From Oscillospiraceae bacterium (GTDB lineage: Bacteria; Bacillota; Clostridia; Oscillospirales; UBA929), in contig JAVBOJ010000123.1 of NCBI GenBank assembly GCA_031550755.1, positions 1 through 25,699 of the forward strand: a stretch of DNA of 25,699 bases, in the 5' to 3' direction. The notes under the pieces were generated by a model. That model had not been told where the DNA came from. It searched no databases and was given only the letters and a program-made list of their open reading frames with translations. A program made the translations under genes and the position numbers. Positions 7,729 through 16,700 of this stretch are shown piece by piece. Within the stretch, counting starts at the first letter, position 1, and every line of letters starts with the position of its first letter.

Positions 7729-9714
7729 ATGCGCCAATTTTTCTTCGACGACCCCTTTGCGGTTGCCGACTATGTCAAAGCGCACTGCCCGCAGGACATC
7801 CAAAGCATCCTCCAGGTGGCCGACGAGGTGGCCGAGCGTCGGTTTTTGTTCAACCTGCGCTGGGATATGGAGCGCACCTACAAGCCGGTCGTGTTTGAGA
7901 ATGAAATCGACTGGCTCTATCAGCCGGGCGACGACCCGGAGTGGATCTACGCCTTCAACCGGATGCGTTTTTGGATTTGTCTGGGACAGGCCTACGCCCT
8001 GACCCGCGATGAAAAATACGCCGAGGCGTTTGCGGCGCAGGCCACCCATTGGATCCAAACCGTGCGCCGCGACGACCCCAAAAACGCCAAGGCGTGGCGC
8101 AGCATCGAGGCCGGCCTGCGGCTGGAATACTGGCTCAAAGCCATGCAGTACTTCAAAGACAGCCCCGCCGTCACCGAGGACGTGCGCGCGCTGTTTGAGG
8201 GCAGTGTTATCGAGCACGCCGAGTTCCTCATGAGTGTGTGGGACAGCTATCACATCATGAGCAACTGGGGTGTGCTGGAAAATCACGGCTTGTTTTTGGC
8301 CGGGGTCATGCTGCCGCCGACCGAGCGCACCGCGCAGTATACCGCCGAGGCGCTCTCCCGGCTGGAAAAGGAACTGCGGATGCAGGTCTACCGCGACGGC
8401 ACCCAGTGGGAGCAAAGCCCCATGTATCACAACGAGGTGCTGCACTGCTACCTCGACGTGGTGCTGCTGGCGCAAAGAAATGGCATCGAGCTACCGGCGC
8501 ATATTCCGCAAAAGGTGCGGGATATGTGTTTCTTCGACCTCTACGCCGCCAAGCCGGATCACAATGAGATTTCCATGGGCGACAGCGACGAGATCGACCA
8601 GCGCGATCTGATCTCCAAGGGCGCGTACCTGTTCGGCGACAACGCGCTCAAGGCGCGCGGCTACGAGACGCCCGATTTTGACACGGCGTGGGACATCGGC
8701 GAGCGCGGGATCAAAGACTACGCCGCCCTGCGCGCTGAAATGCCCGCGAGCCCCGACCGGCATTTTGCCGACAGCGGCAACGCCTATCTTCGTTCCGGCT
8801 GGAGCGAGGACGCCACCTTCCTGCATTTCCATTGCGGCACATTGGGTGCCGGGCACGGCCACGCCGACAAGCTGCACCTCGACCTGTTTTCGCGCGGGGA
8901 AGACCTTTTGGTGGACGCCGGGCGGTTTTCCTATGTCTTCGGCCCCGAGCGCGTCGCCTTCAAGGAGCTGTGTGCCCACAACGTACCGGTCGTGGACGGG
9001 CGGGATTTTTACGTCTGCAAGGACGCGTGGGAGTGCTTTGACCTCACCCGCGGAATCAATCAGCGGTTTTACGCCGACAGCCGTTACGGCTATGCCGAGG
9101 GCGGGCATCTGGCCTATGTGGAGCCGCTGGGCGTTTTTACTAACCGCCGTGTGATATTCCTCAAGCCGGATATCGTGGTGGTATGCGACGAGTTTTTTGC
9201 CAAGGGCAGCCATACCTACAACCAGCTGTTCCACCTCAACAACGCCGGGACGCTGTCCGGCGAGGGCGGCCGGTATGTCTATGAGAGCGCGAAGCTGCGC
9301 GCCGAGATGGCCTTTATGGGGAGCGGACTGTCCTCCCGCGTGCTGGACACCCGACTGTCCCGCCACTACAACCACTGCGAGCCCAACAAAACCATCGAGA
9401 CCGCGCTGGCCGGAGAGGGCTTTGTCAGTGCCTTTTCGGTGTTCGGGCTGTCGTCGCCGGGGGACAATAAGGCGCTCACGGTGGAAAAACTGACGGTGTC
9501 CTCCAACTTCAAGGGCATTGTCTTTACCGACGCACAGGTGGAGGCGCTGAACGTCTCCTTCGGCGAGGCGCGGTACACCGTCGCCGTCGCCCACCGGGAA
9601 TTCGCAACCCCGACCGACACCTTTCTGGCCGATGGCTGTATCGGCTTCGGCAGCGCCGTGGTGTTTGACCGCGCGGCCGGGGAGCATGAAATCGGGACGG
9701 TACTCATTTATTGA
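7729..9714 (+). CDS. Heparinase II/III-family polysaccharide or oligosaccharide lyase (alginate-lyase-like alpha/alpha toroid N-domain plus Hepar_II_III C-domain), predicted cytoplasmic
   Basis: The protein is 661 aa with no signal peptide. The N-terminal region reads DWLYQPGDDPEWIYAFNRMRFWICLGQAYALTRDEKYAEAFAAQATHWI (heparinase II/III N-domain-like). The C-terminal region carries FHCGTLGAGHGHADKLHLDLFSRGEDLLVDAGRFSY (characteristic HGHAD region). The exact PL family cannot be told by eye. Confidence 0.75.
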   Translation: MRQFFFDDPFAVADYVKAHCPQDIQSILQVADEVAERRFLFNLRWDMERTYKPVVFENEIDWLYQPGDDPEWIYAFNRMRFWICLGQAYALTRDEKYAEAFAAQATHWIQTVRRDDPKNAKAWRSIEAGLRLEYWLKAMQYFKDSPAVTEDVRALFEGSVIEHAEFLMSVWDSYHIMSNWGVLENHGLFLAGVMLPPTERTAQYTAEALSRLEKELRMQVYRDGTQWEQSPMYHNEVLHCYLDVVLLAQRNGIELPAHIPQKVRDMCFFDLYAAKPDHNEISMGDSDEIDQRDLISKGAYLFGDNALKARGYETPDFDTAWDIGERGIKDYAALRAEMPASPDRHFADSGNAYLRSGWSEDATFLHFHCGTLGAGHGHADKLHLDLFSRGEDLLVDAGRFSYVFGPERVAFKELCAHNVPVVDGRDFYVCKDAWECFDLTRGINQRFYADSRYGYAEGGHLAYVEPLGVFTNRRVIFLKPDIVVVCDEFFAKGSHTYNQLFHLNNAGTLSGEGGRYVYESAKLRAEMAFMGSGLSSRVLDTRLSRHYNHCEPNKTIETALAGEGFVSAFSVFGLSSPGDNKALTVEKLTVSSNFKGIVFTDAQVEALNVSFGEARYTVAVAHREFATPTDTFLADGCIGFGSAVVFDRAAGEHEIGTVLIY

Positions 9715-9731
9715 CACAGGAAGAGGGCATC

Positions 9732-10958
9732 ATGCAAAAAAGTTGGATACGCCGCGTTGTCATTTTTCTGGCCGGACAGACCGTCACGCTGTTTGGCTCT
9801 TCTATTGTGCAGTTTGCCATCAGCTGGCACATCACCTTGACCCAGAAAAGCGGCCTGATGATTACCATCGTCACGCTCTGCGGCTTTCTGCCGCAGGTGC
9901 TGGTCTCGCTGTTCGCCGGCGTCTGGGCCGACCGATACAACCGGAAAATGCTGATTGTTCTGGCCGACAGCGTCATCGCCGTCTGTACCGCCGCGCTGGC
10001 CGTTCTGTTTGCCCTGGGGCATACGGACATCTGGCTGTTGTTTGTCATTTCCGGCATCCGGTCGCTGGGCGCGGGCGTGCAAACCCCGGCGGTGAGCGCG
10101 TTTTTACCCGAGCTTGTGCCGCAGGAAAAGCTCATGCGGGTCAACGGCCTCAACGCCGGCCTGATGAGCGTCATGATGCTGCTCTCGCCCGCCGTCGCGG
10201 GCGGACTATACGCTGCGTGGGGTCTCGGTCCGGTGTTTTGGGTGGATGTGGCCACGGCCGCCGTGGGTATTTCGCTGCTGCTGACCCTAAAAATGGCGGC
10301 GCGGGAAAAACCGGCGAGCGAGCCGGCGCATTTTTTCGGCGAGCTGACGCGCGGCTTGCGGTACGTCGTTTCCACCAAGTGGCTGCGCCAGTTTTTGGGA
10401 TTTTATCTCTTTTTCGCCCTGCTGATCGGCCCGGTGGTCTTCCTCACGCCGCTCATGGTGGCGCGCAGCTTCGGCGAGGAGCCGTGGCGGCTGATGGCGC
10501 ATGAGATGGTGTTCTCGGGTGGCAGCATTGTCGGCGGGGTGCTGGTGGGGATGCTGGGCAGCCGAATGCGCAACAAAACCGATATGGTCATATTTGCGTT
10601 TGTATTTTTCGGGCTGACCACCTTGATTATGGGGCTTTCCCCCAACTTCTGGTTTTATCTCGGCGTTATGCTGCCGATGGGCGTTTCTATGCCGTTTGTC
10701 AACACGGGCGCGATGACCGTCCTGCAAACCGGCGTCCAGCCTGATCTCATGGGCCGGGTGTTCGGGCTGGTGTCCATCATCGGCTCGGGCGCGATGCCGC
10801 TGTCGATGGTGCTGTTCGGCCCGCTGGCCGACGTCATGTCGGTGGAGGCACAGCTTGTCATCACCGGCGCGCTGATGATGGTGGTGGCGCTGCTTGTGCT
10901 GCGGTTCAAGGAGATGCGGCGGGCGGGGGAGACCCCGGCGGCGCAGGAGAGTGCGTAA
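9732..10958 (+). CDS. MFS transporter (12 transmembrane segments, DHA3/EntS-like subfamily)
   Basis: The start ATG (MQKSWIRR) sits 4 nt after AGGAAGAGGG. The TTG in the ORF track at 9711 overlaps the stop of the upstream gene. The protein reads FLAGQTVTLFGSSIVQFAISWHI...GVWADRYNRKMLIV, the typical MFS motif region, and is hydrophobic throughout. Confidence 0.85.
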   Translation: MQKSWIRRVVIFLAGQTVTLFGSSIVQFAISWHITLTQKSGLMITIVTLCGFLPQVLVSLFAGVWADRYNRKMLIVLADSVIAVCTAALAVLFALGHTDIWLLFVISGIRSLGAGVQTPAVSAFLPELVPQEKLMRVNGLNAGLMSVMMLLSPAVAGGLYAAWGLGPVFWVDVATAAVGISLLLTLKMAAREKPASEPAHFFGELTRGLRYVVSTKWLRQFLGFYLFFALLIGPVVFLTPLMVARSFGEEPWRLMAHEMVFSGGSIVGGVLVGMLGSRMRNKTDMVIFAFVFFGLTTLIMGLSPNFWFYLGVMLPMGVSMPFVNTGAMTVLQTGVQPDLMGRVFGLVSIIGSGAMPLSMVLFGPLADVMSVEAQLVITGALMMVVALLVLRFKEMRRAGETPAAQESA

Positions 10959-10981
10959 GAAACATGTTTTGAAACAAAACC

Positions 10982-11014
10982 AACGGGACGTCTCACGCAG
11001 TGAGACGTCCCGTT
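10982..11014. terminator. Perfect 14-bp stem-loop (AACGGGACGTCTCA / TGAGACGTCCCGTT) downstream of the MFS gene, a terminator-like element
   Basis: The inverted repeat has a 5-nt loop. The flanking T-tract is on the minus-strand side (rc: GGTTTTGTTTCAAAACATG) and an A-tract on the plus-strand side, so the polarity is ambiguous. A palindrome AAACATGTTT sits just upstream, at 10960-10969. Confidence 0.5.
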
Positions 11015-11035
11015 AAAATAATCTAAAAATAATCA

Positions 11036-11064
11036 TTGACAATCACGCGACCGTTTGATATAAT
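11036..11064 (+). promoter_or_regulatory. Consensus sigma-A promoter: TTGACA, 17-nt spacer, TGaTATAAT (extended -10)
   Basis: TTGACA at 11036-11041 and TATAAT at 11059-11064 have an exact 17-nt spacer and are preceded by TG. RBS AAAGGAGGG and the GTG start at 11088 follow about 10 nt downstream of the predicted transcription start. This is the strongest promoter-like sequence in the window. Confidence 0.8.
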
Positions 11065-11087
11065 CGAATCATGAAAGGAGGGACTGT

Positions 11088-11636
11088 GTGAATGTAACCA
11101 GATTGCCGGGCACCACCATCGACCTGCCGTCCTCGGAATATTCGGTGAGGGGGCTTTTGTCTTCCCTCTTTTTGGCAGAGGGTTTGGTGCTGTCTCAGGT
11201 GTCCTCGCTGACCGGCCTGCCGCCGCACATACTGCAAAATTGGGTCAAACGTGAATTTTTACCCCCTCCGGTGCATAAAAAGTATTCCAAACGCCAATTT
11301 TGCCGCATCGCCATCATCAACTTTTTGAAGGACAGCCTGCAGATCGACAGCATTGTCAAGTTGATCGGAGCGGTCAACGGTAAGCTCGCCGACAGCGCCG
11401 ACGACCTCATTGACGACAGCGAGCTGTACTGTTATTTCGTCGAAACACTCACGCGCGCCGACGCCGATCTGGCCAATCTCCCCGCCGCCATTCAGGCGGT
11501 ACTGGGCGGATATGCCGAGCCCTATCCCGGCGCCCGCAAAAAAGTCGCGGCTGTTTTGCGCATTATGGGCATTTTGTATATCAGCTCACAAATTCGGCTG
11601 GAGGCCGAAATTCTGTTGAAGGAACTCAATTTATAA
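11088..11636 (+). CDS. Small DUF1836/YkrK-like protein with a MerR-type HTH-like motif (putative regulator)
   Basis: The protein is 182 aa. The segment LTGLPPHILQNWVKREFLPPPVHKKYSKRQF resembles the conserved core of DUF1836 family proteins. AAAGGAGGG lies 5 nt upstream of the GTG start. It is the first gene of a three-gene unit together with NfeD and flotillin. Confidence 0.55.
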   Translation: MNVTRLPGTTIDLPSSEYSVRGLLSSLFLAEGLVLSQVSSLTGLPPHILQNWVKREFLPPPVHKKYSKRQFCRIAIINFLKDSLQIDSIVKLIGAVNGKLADSADDLIDDSELYCYFVETLTRADADLANLPAAIQAVLGGYAEPYPGARKKVAAVLRIMGILYISSQIRLEAEILLKELNL

Positions 11637-11653
11637 GGAAAGGACGGGAGAAT

Positions 11654-12274
11654 ATGGCCATATGGTGGGAAGCCTTGACAGGGCTGCAACAATTTTTCGC
11701 GGTGCTCGCGATTCCCGCGACGTTGATCCTTTTGCTGCAAACGGCCCTTCTGCTGTTCGGAATGGGCGGAGGACACGGCGACGCCGGCGGACAGGACGCC
11801 GACGCGGACGCCGATGCCGACGGGCACGACCACGACCCCGATCATGGGGACGGACATGAACCGGGATTGCGCATTTTTACCGTCCGCGCCTTTGTGGCGT
11901 TTTTCTCGGTCTTCGGCTGGGTGGGCATCGTGCTCACCGACGGGGGACTGACCAACGCGCTGTCGGTGGCGTTCGCCTTTTTGGCGGGACTCGCCGCCAT
12001 GGTGGGCATGGCGTGGTTTTTCAAGGCCGCCATGCGTTTGCAGGACTCGGGCAACATCGACCTTAAAAACGCCCTTGGCAAAACCGGCACCGTCTACATC
12101 CCCATTCCGCCCAACCGCGTCGGCCGGGGGAAGGTGACGCTGGTCGTACAGGGGCGCTTTACCGAGATGGACGCCGTCACCGATTGCGATACGGCACTGC
12201 CGACCGGCTCCGAGGTGGTGGGTGTGTCCCTGTCCAACCAAAATGTACTCTGTGTGGTTCCCAAAACCAAATAA
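11654..12274 (+). CDS. NfeD-like short-form membrane protein (YuaF-like), with N-terminal transmembrane helices and a C-terminal OB-fold beta-barrel
   Basis: The protein is 206 aa. It has two or three hydrophobic helices and an Asp/His-rich loop (GGGHGDAGGQDADADADADGHDHDPDHGDGHE). The C-terminus reads GKTGTVYIPIPPNRVGRGKVTLVVQGRFTEMDAV...GSEVVGVSLSNQNVLCVVP, a typical NfeD OB-fold. It lies immediately upstream of the flotillin gene, the canonical partner arrangement. Confidence 0.7.
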   Translation: MAIWWEALTGLQQFFAVLAIPATLILLLQTALLLFGMGGGHGDAGGQDADADADADGHDHDPDHGDGHEPGLRIFTVRAFVAFFSVFGWVGIVLTDGGLTNALSVAFAFLAGLAAMVGMAWFFKAAMRLQDSGNIDLKNALGKTGTVYIPIPPNRVGRGKVTLVVQGRFTEMDAVTDCDTALPTGSEVVGVSLSNQNVLCVVPKTK

Positions 12275-12293
12275 AAGATAGGAGGAAATTTAT

Positions 12294-13706
12294 ATGCCGG
12301 GTCCCGCCCTGATTCTGATTTCCGTTTTGGCGATTCTGGTGTTTTCCATGTTCCTCGTCGTGCTGTCCCGGTACCGCAAATGCCCGTCAGACAAAATCAT
12401 GGTCATCTACGGCAAGGTGGGCAGCAATGCCGACGGCAGCAACCGTTCGGCCAAATGTATCCACGGCGGCGCGTCGTTTGTTTGGCCGGTCATCCAGAGC
12501 TTCGAGTTTCTGGATCTGACCCCGATCTCCCTCAGCGTGGATCTGACCAGCGCCCTGTCGCGCCAGAACATCCGCATCGACGTGCCCTCGCGCTTTACCG
12601 TCGGCATCTCGACCGAGGACGGCGTCATGCAAAACGCCGCCGAGCGCCTGCTGGGGCTGAAGCTGAATGAAATTCAGGAGCTGGCGCGCGATATCATCTT
12701 CGGTCAGCTCCGTCTGATCATCGCCACCATGGACATCGAGGAGATCAACACCGACCGCGACAAATTCCTGGAGGCGGTCTCCGGCAACGTCGAGACCGAG
12801 CTCAAGAAAATCGGACTGCGGCTCATCAACGTCAACGTCACCGACATCAATGACGAGTCGGGCTACATCGTGGCGCTGGGCCGCGAAGCCGCCGCCAAGG
12901 CCATCAACGACGCCCGCCGCACCGTCGCCGAAAAAGAGCGCGACGGTGCCATCGGCGAGGCCAACGCCAAGCGTGACCAGCGTATTCAGGTGGCCGAGGC
13001 CGATTCTCTGGCCATCACCGGCGAAAATACCGCCCAGATTCAGATTGCCCAGTCCAACGCCGCCCGACGCGAAAAAGAAGCCGAGGCGCTGCGTATCGCC
13101 ACGGCGGCCGAAAAGGTGCAGCTGGCCAAGTCGCTCGAAGAGTCCTACGCCGCCGAAAAAGAGGCCGAGGAGGCCCGCGCCCTGCGCGAAAAAGCCACGC
13201 AGGAGGCCGACATACTGGTCAGAGCCGAGATTCAGAAAAAGCAGATTGAAATCGCGGCTGAGGCCGAGGCTGAAAAAATCCGCCGCCACGCCCGCGGTGA
13301 GGCCGACGCGATCTTCCTGCAAATGGAAGCGCAGGCGCGCGGTATGCAGGAGATCCTGACCAAACAGGCACAAGGCTTTGCGCAGGTTGTCAAGGCCGCC
13401 GGCGGCAATTCGACCGACGCGCTGCGCCTGATGCTGGCCGACAAGATGGAAGACCTCATGAAAATTCAGGTGGACGCCATCAAGAACATCAAGATCGACA
13501 AGGTGACCGTCTGGGACGGCGCTTCTGGAGGCGAGAAAAACGCCACCGCCGGGTTCCTGTCGGGGCTGGCCAAGTCTATCCCGCCGATCAACGAGCTGTT
13601 CGACATGGCCGGAATGCAGCTCCCGAGCTTTCTGGGCAAGGAAAAAGGCGCGCAGGACATGGTGCCGGACATAGTGACCGAAACGATCGTGACCGAGGGG
13701 AAGTAA
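12294..13706 (+). CDS. floT: Flotillin (SPFH/band-7 domain plus an extended EA-rich coiled-coil), FloT/YuaG-like
   Basis: The protein is 470 aa. It has an N-terminal membrane anchor (ALILISVLAILVFSMFLVVLS) and an SPFH domain (IMVIYGKVGS...FEFLDLTPISLSVDL...RFTVGIST). A long Ala/Glu/Lys/Arg-rich coiled-coil follows (AEKEAEEARALREKATQEADILVRAEIQKKQIEIAAEAEAEKIRRHARGEAD). AGGAGG RBS is present. Confidence 0.9.
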   Translation: MPGPALILISVLAILVFSMFLVVLSRYRKCPSDKIMVIYGKVGSNADGSNRSAKCIHGGASFVWPVIQSFEFLDLTPISLSVDLTSALSRQNIRIDVPSRFTVGISTEDGVMQNAAERLLGLKLNEIQELARDIIFGQLRLIIATMDIEEINTDRDKFLEAVSGNVETELKKIGLRLINVNVTDINDESGYIVALGREAAAKAINDARRTVAEKERDGAIGEANAKRDQRIQVAEADSLAITGENTAQIQIAQSNAARREKEAEALRIATAAEKVQLAKSLEESYAAEKEAEEARALREKATQEADILVRAEIQKKQIEIAAEAEAEKIRRHARGEADAIFLQMEAQARGMQEILTKQAQGFAQVVKAAGGNSTDALRLMLADKMEDLMKIQVDAIKNIKIDKVTVWDGASGGEKNATAGFLSGLAKSIPPINELFDMAGMQLPSFLGKEKGAQDMVPDIVTETIVTEGK

Positions 13707-13716
13707 ACACATAAAA

Positions 13717-13757
13717 GCGCGTGGGGCCGTCTCAGACGAGACGGCCCCACGCTTTTT
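13717..13757. terminator. Bidirectional rho-independent terminator between the convergent flotillin and CE15-PL11 genes
   Basis: A perfect 15-bp stem GCGTGGGGCCGTCTC / GAGACGGCCCCACGC with an AGAC loop is followed by TTTTT on the + strand and preceded by AAAA (T-tract for the minus strand). Confidence 0.9.
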
Positions 13758-13761
13758 ACAA

Positions 13762-16700
13762 TCAGTTGGTGACGCTGATGGTGATGGTGGTCGTGAAGTT
13801 GCTGCCGTCTGTGGTCTTGACGGCCAGCATGGCGGTGCCCGCCTTGAGGCCGGTGATGGTCACGCTGAAGTCGTCATTGACCTTGATGGAAATATTGGTC
13901 GGGGTCAGGTTGACCCAGCTCAGCGGCAGCTCGCCGTCGTAAATGGTTTTCAGTGTCAGGGTCTTGCCCTTCTTGACGCTGCGCAGGCCGCCTCCGTCGA
14001 TCTTCATGATGGTGGCCTTTTTGATGAGCCCGTCAATGGCGGCGCGCAACGCAGCGGCGGCGTCGTTGACGGCCAGCTGGCCGACCTCCTGCGCGTCGGG
14101 CAGCAGCGCCACGGCGGCGTTATAGGCGGCGGTCAGCGCGGCGAAGGTCTCGGCGGTGAAGCTGCCGGTCGTCAGCGGCGCGGCTTCCGCGATCAGGGCT
14201 TCCAGCGCGGCGGTGTCCACCTGATAGACAATCGGTGCGACATTGGGCTTGTGTAGACCCATGGCCAGTACATCCCCGGCGACGTCCTCACCCAAGTAGA
14301 AGCTCAGGTGCGGCGGCTGGTTGTAGGCGGCGTTTTGGCCGGTGGTCTGCATACGGTACGCGCCGTCGTGCATGAAGGAATAGATCATATAATCGGTCGG
14401 GGTGGTGGTCGAATAAATGCGCATAGTGTTGTAGCTCACCGGAATGACGATCTCCTCGCGCCAGTCGCCCAGCACGTCGGCCTGAATGCCCGGGACGCTC
14501 TTGCCGTGGGAGGTGACGCCGGACATGGTCAGGATGGTGGCGTTGGAGAGGCGTTTGGTTTCGGCGTTGTAGGTGGTTTTGGTCACGGTGCCGCCGTTGA
14601 GCAGCTCGTGCAGCAGGTCGCCGTCCCAACGAATGGCGAAGTTGTTGCCGGGATTTAGGTTGTTTGTGACAATCTCGCCCTGGGGATTGTACACATTGTT
14701 GCCCGAGGACCAGATCTCGAAGCCGGGCAGCGGGGTGAGGTTGGCGGCAAGACCGCGGCCCACGTCGCCGGTGCTGGGGCTGTAGCCGACCAGCAGCTCA
14801 CCGGTGCCGGCGTCGCGCAGGGAGGTGTTGCAGGTGCGGTCTTCCCACTCCTCGTGCGGCATCATGATCTGAATGCCGTCCACACCGGGGATGAACGCGC
14901 CGGCGTGCAGCGCGTCGCCGTGGGACAGGTTGGGACGTCCGTATAGGCCGTCGCAGGTGTTGAACACGGTGCCGTCGTCATCGAAGATGACCGCGCCGTA
15001 AATGATCTCGTCGTAGCCGTCGTTGTCCACATCGGCCACCGAGGTCGAGTGCGCGCCGCGGCACTGGACATAGACATTTTCCTCGCCGGCGGCTTCCGAG
15101 TCAAACGCCCAGGCGAGCTTGATCTTGCCGTCCTTCAGCGTGAAGGCCGACAGGGTGGTGCGCTCGTAATAGCCGCGGCACATGACGGCGGCGTAGCAGG
15201 GGTCGCCGTCGGAATCGGTGACATACGCGCCGGTGGCCAGATAGCGGTCGGAGCGGTTGTAGTCCAGATCGCCCCACAGGCCGGGATCCTCGGTGGGGAA
15301 TAGCCAGGGCACGGTGTCGATGGCGGCGCCGGTGATGCCGTCAAACATGGTGAAGAATTCCGGCGCGTCCACGCTGATATGCCCCACGCGGTTGCGGGAA
15401 TTGTTGCGCTCGGAAGCGGTATTGAGGGCGTACGAGGTGGCGGGGGTGTTTTTGCTCTCGTCGCCGATGACGCTGAGCTTGTTGGTATAATCGATGGCGT
15501 AGCCGCCGGGCGCGGTGTCGCTCTTCTTGACGCCGTAGGCCGTGGTGCCGTCGGCGGTCTTGAGGGCGACCTCGGCGCGGCCGTCGCCGTCGAAGTCATA
15601 GACGACCATGGCGTTGTAATGGTCGCCGGAGGTGGCGTTGAGGCCGATGTCGATGCGCCACAGCAGACGGCCTTCGAGCGTATAGGCGTCAAAGATGGTT
15701 TGGTTGGTCAGCGAGCCGTTGACACCCGAATCAATCCAGGTGGACGGATGCCACTTGACGATGATCTCATAGCGGCCGTCGCCGTCGAGGTCGGCCACGC
15801 TCAGATCGTCCGGATAGCTGTATGTGCCGCCGCGCAGGCCGGCCGGCGGGCGTTGGAGGCCGAAGGAGAGGTAGTTCTCACTTTGCGCCGTAGCCGGACG
15901 GGAACGGGTGGTGTTCTCTCCCTGAATGGTCTCCACGACGTACACATCGCCCGGGACGCCGCCGGCGTCAAGGTAGTTTGTCACCGTGGTGATGGGAGCG
16001 GCGTTGAGCTTCACATCGTTTTTGTACAGGTTGAAGGCGATGTCGGTAGCGTATTCGGTGGCCAGCAGACGCCAGCTCACGAAGATGCCGTTGGTCGCCT
16101 TGAGCGCCACGACGCCGCGGTCAAGATTTTCCACCGGGCGGACAATGCTGTCGCGATGCTCCGGGGTCAGGCGGTTGTAAACCCAGACGTGCGTCTGTTT
16201 GTTCCACGGGTTGACCACGTCGGGCACCAGCGATGCGGTGAAGAGATACATTCCCTCTTTGCTTGTGTCCCAGGCGGGCTCGCTTGTCCAGGAAGCCGGG
16301 TCAACCTGGGCGTAGCTTTCTCCGTCGAAGGGGGTCCGTGTCAAGATCGACGAGGGCAGACCGATGTCGGCGATGGTCGGGGCGGAGCCCACATAGACGG
16401 TCTTGAAGCTGTAGTCGTCCGGCATGAAATAGGCGAGCGGATACGGCGACACAGCCGAAATGCTGATGTTGTCGAGATAGGTCTCGTTCCATTTGAGGCG
16501 GTCGCCGCCCGGGCGGGTATCCTGCAGCACCAGCTTGTCGATGCGGGCGTTGTGCGGATAGCCCTCCAGCGATAGGCCGGCCAGGGTTACGGTGTTTTCC
16601 GGATTGGCGCGGTCGGTGACCGTGAGGTCAATGGTGTTGGCCGCGAAATCCACCAAAACGGTGATGGAATACCACGCGTTTTTCTCCATGAAGGTGTCGG

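Noticed and set aside
5629-9717. Long minus-strand ORFs 5629-6759, 6772-8475 and 8491-9717
   Set aside because: They are antisense artefacts opposite the permease, GH88 and heparinase genes. No motifs are present and each has a Pro/Gly/Arg/Ala composition.
12387-13712. 441-aa minus-strand ORF
   Set aside because: It is antisense to the flotillin gene. The flotillin frame has an SPFH domain and an RBS.
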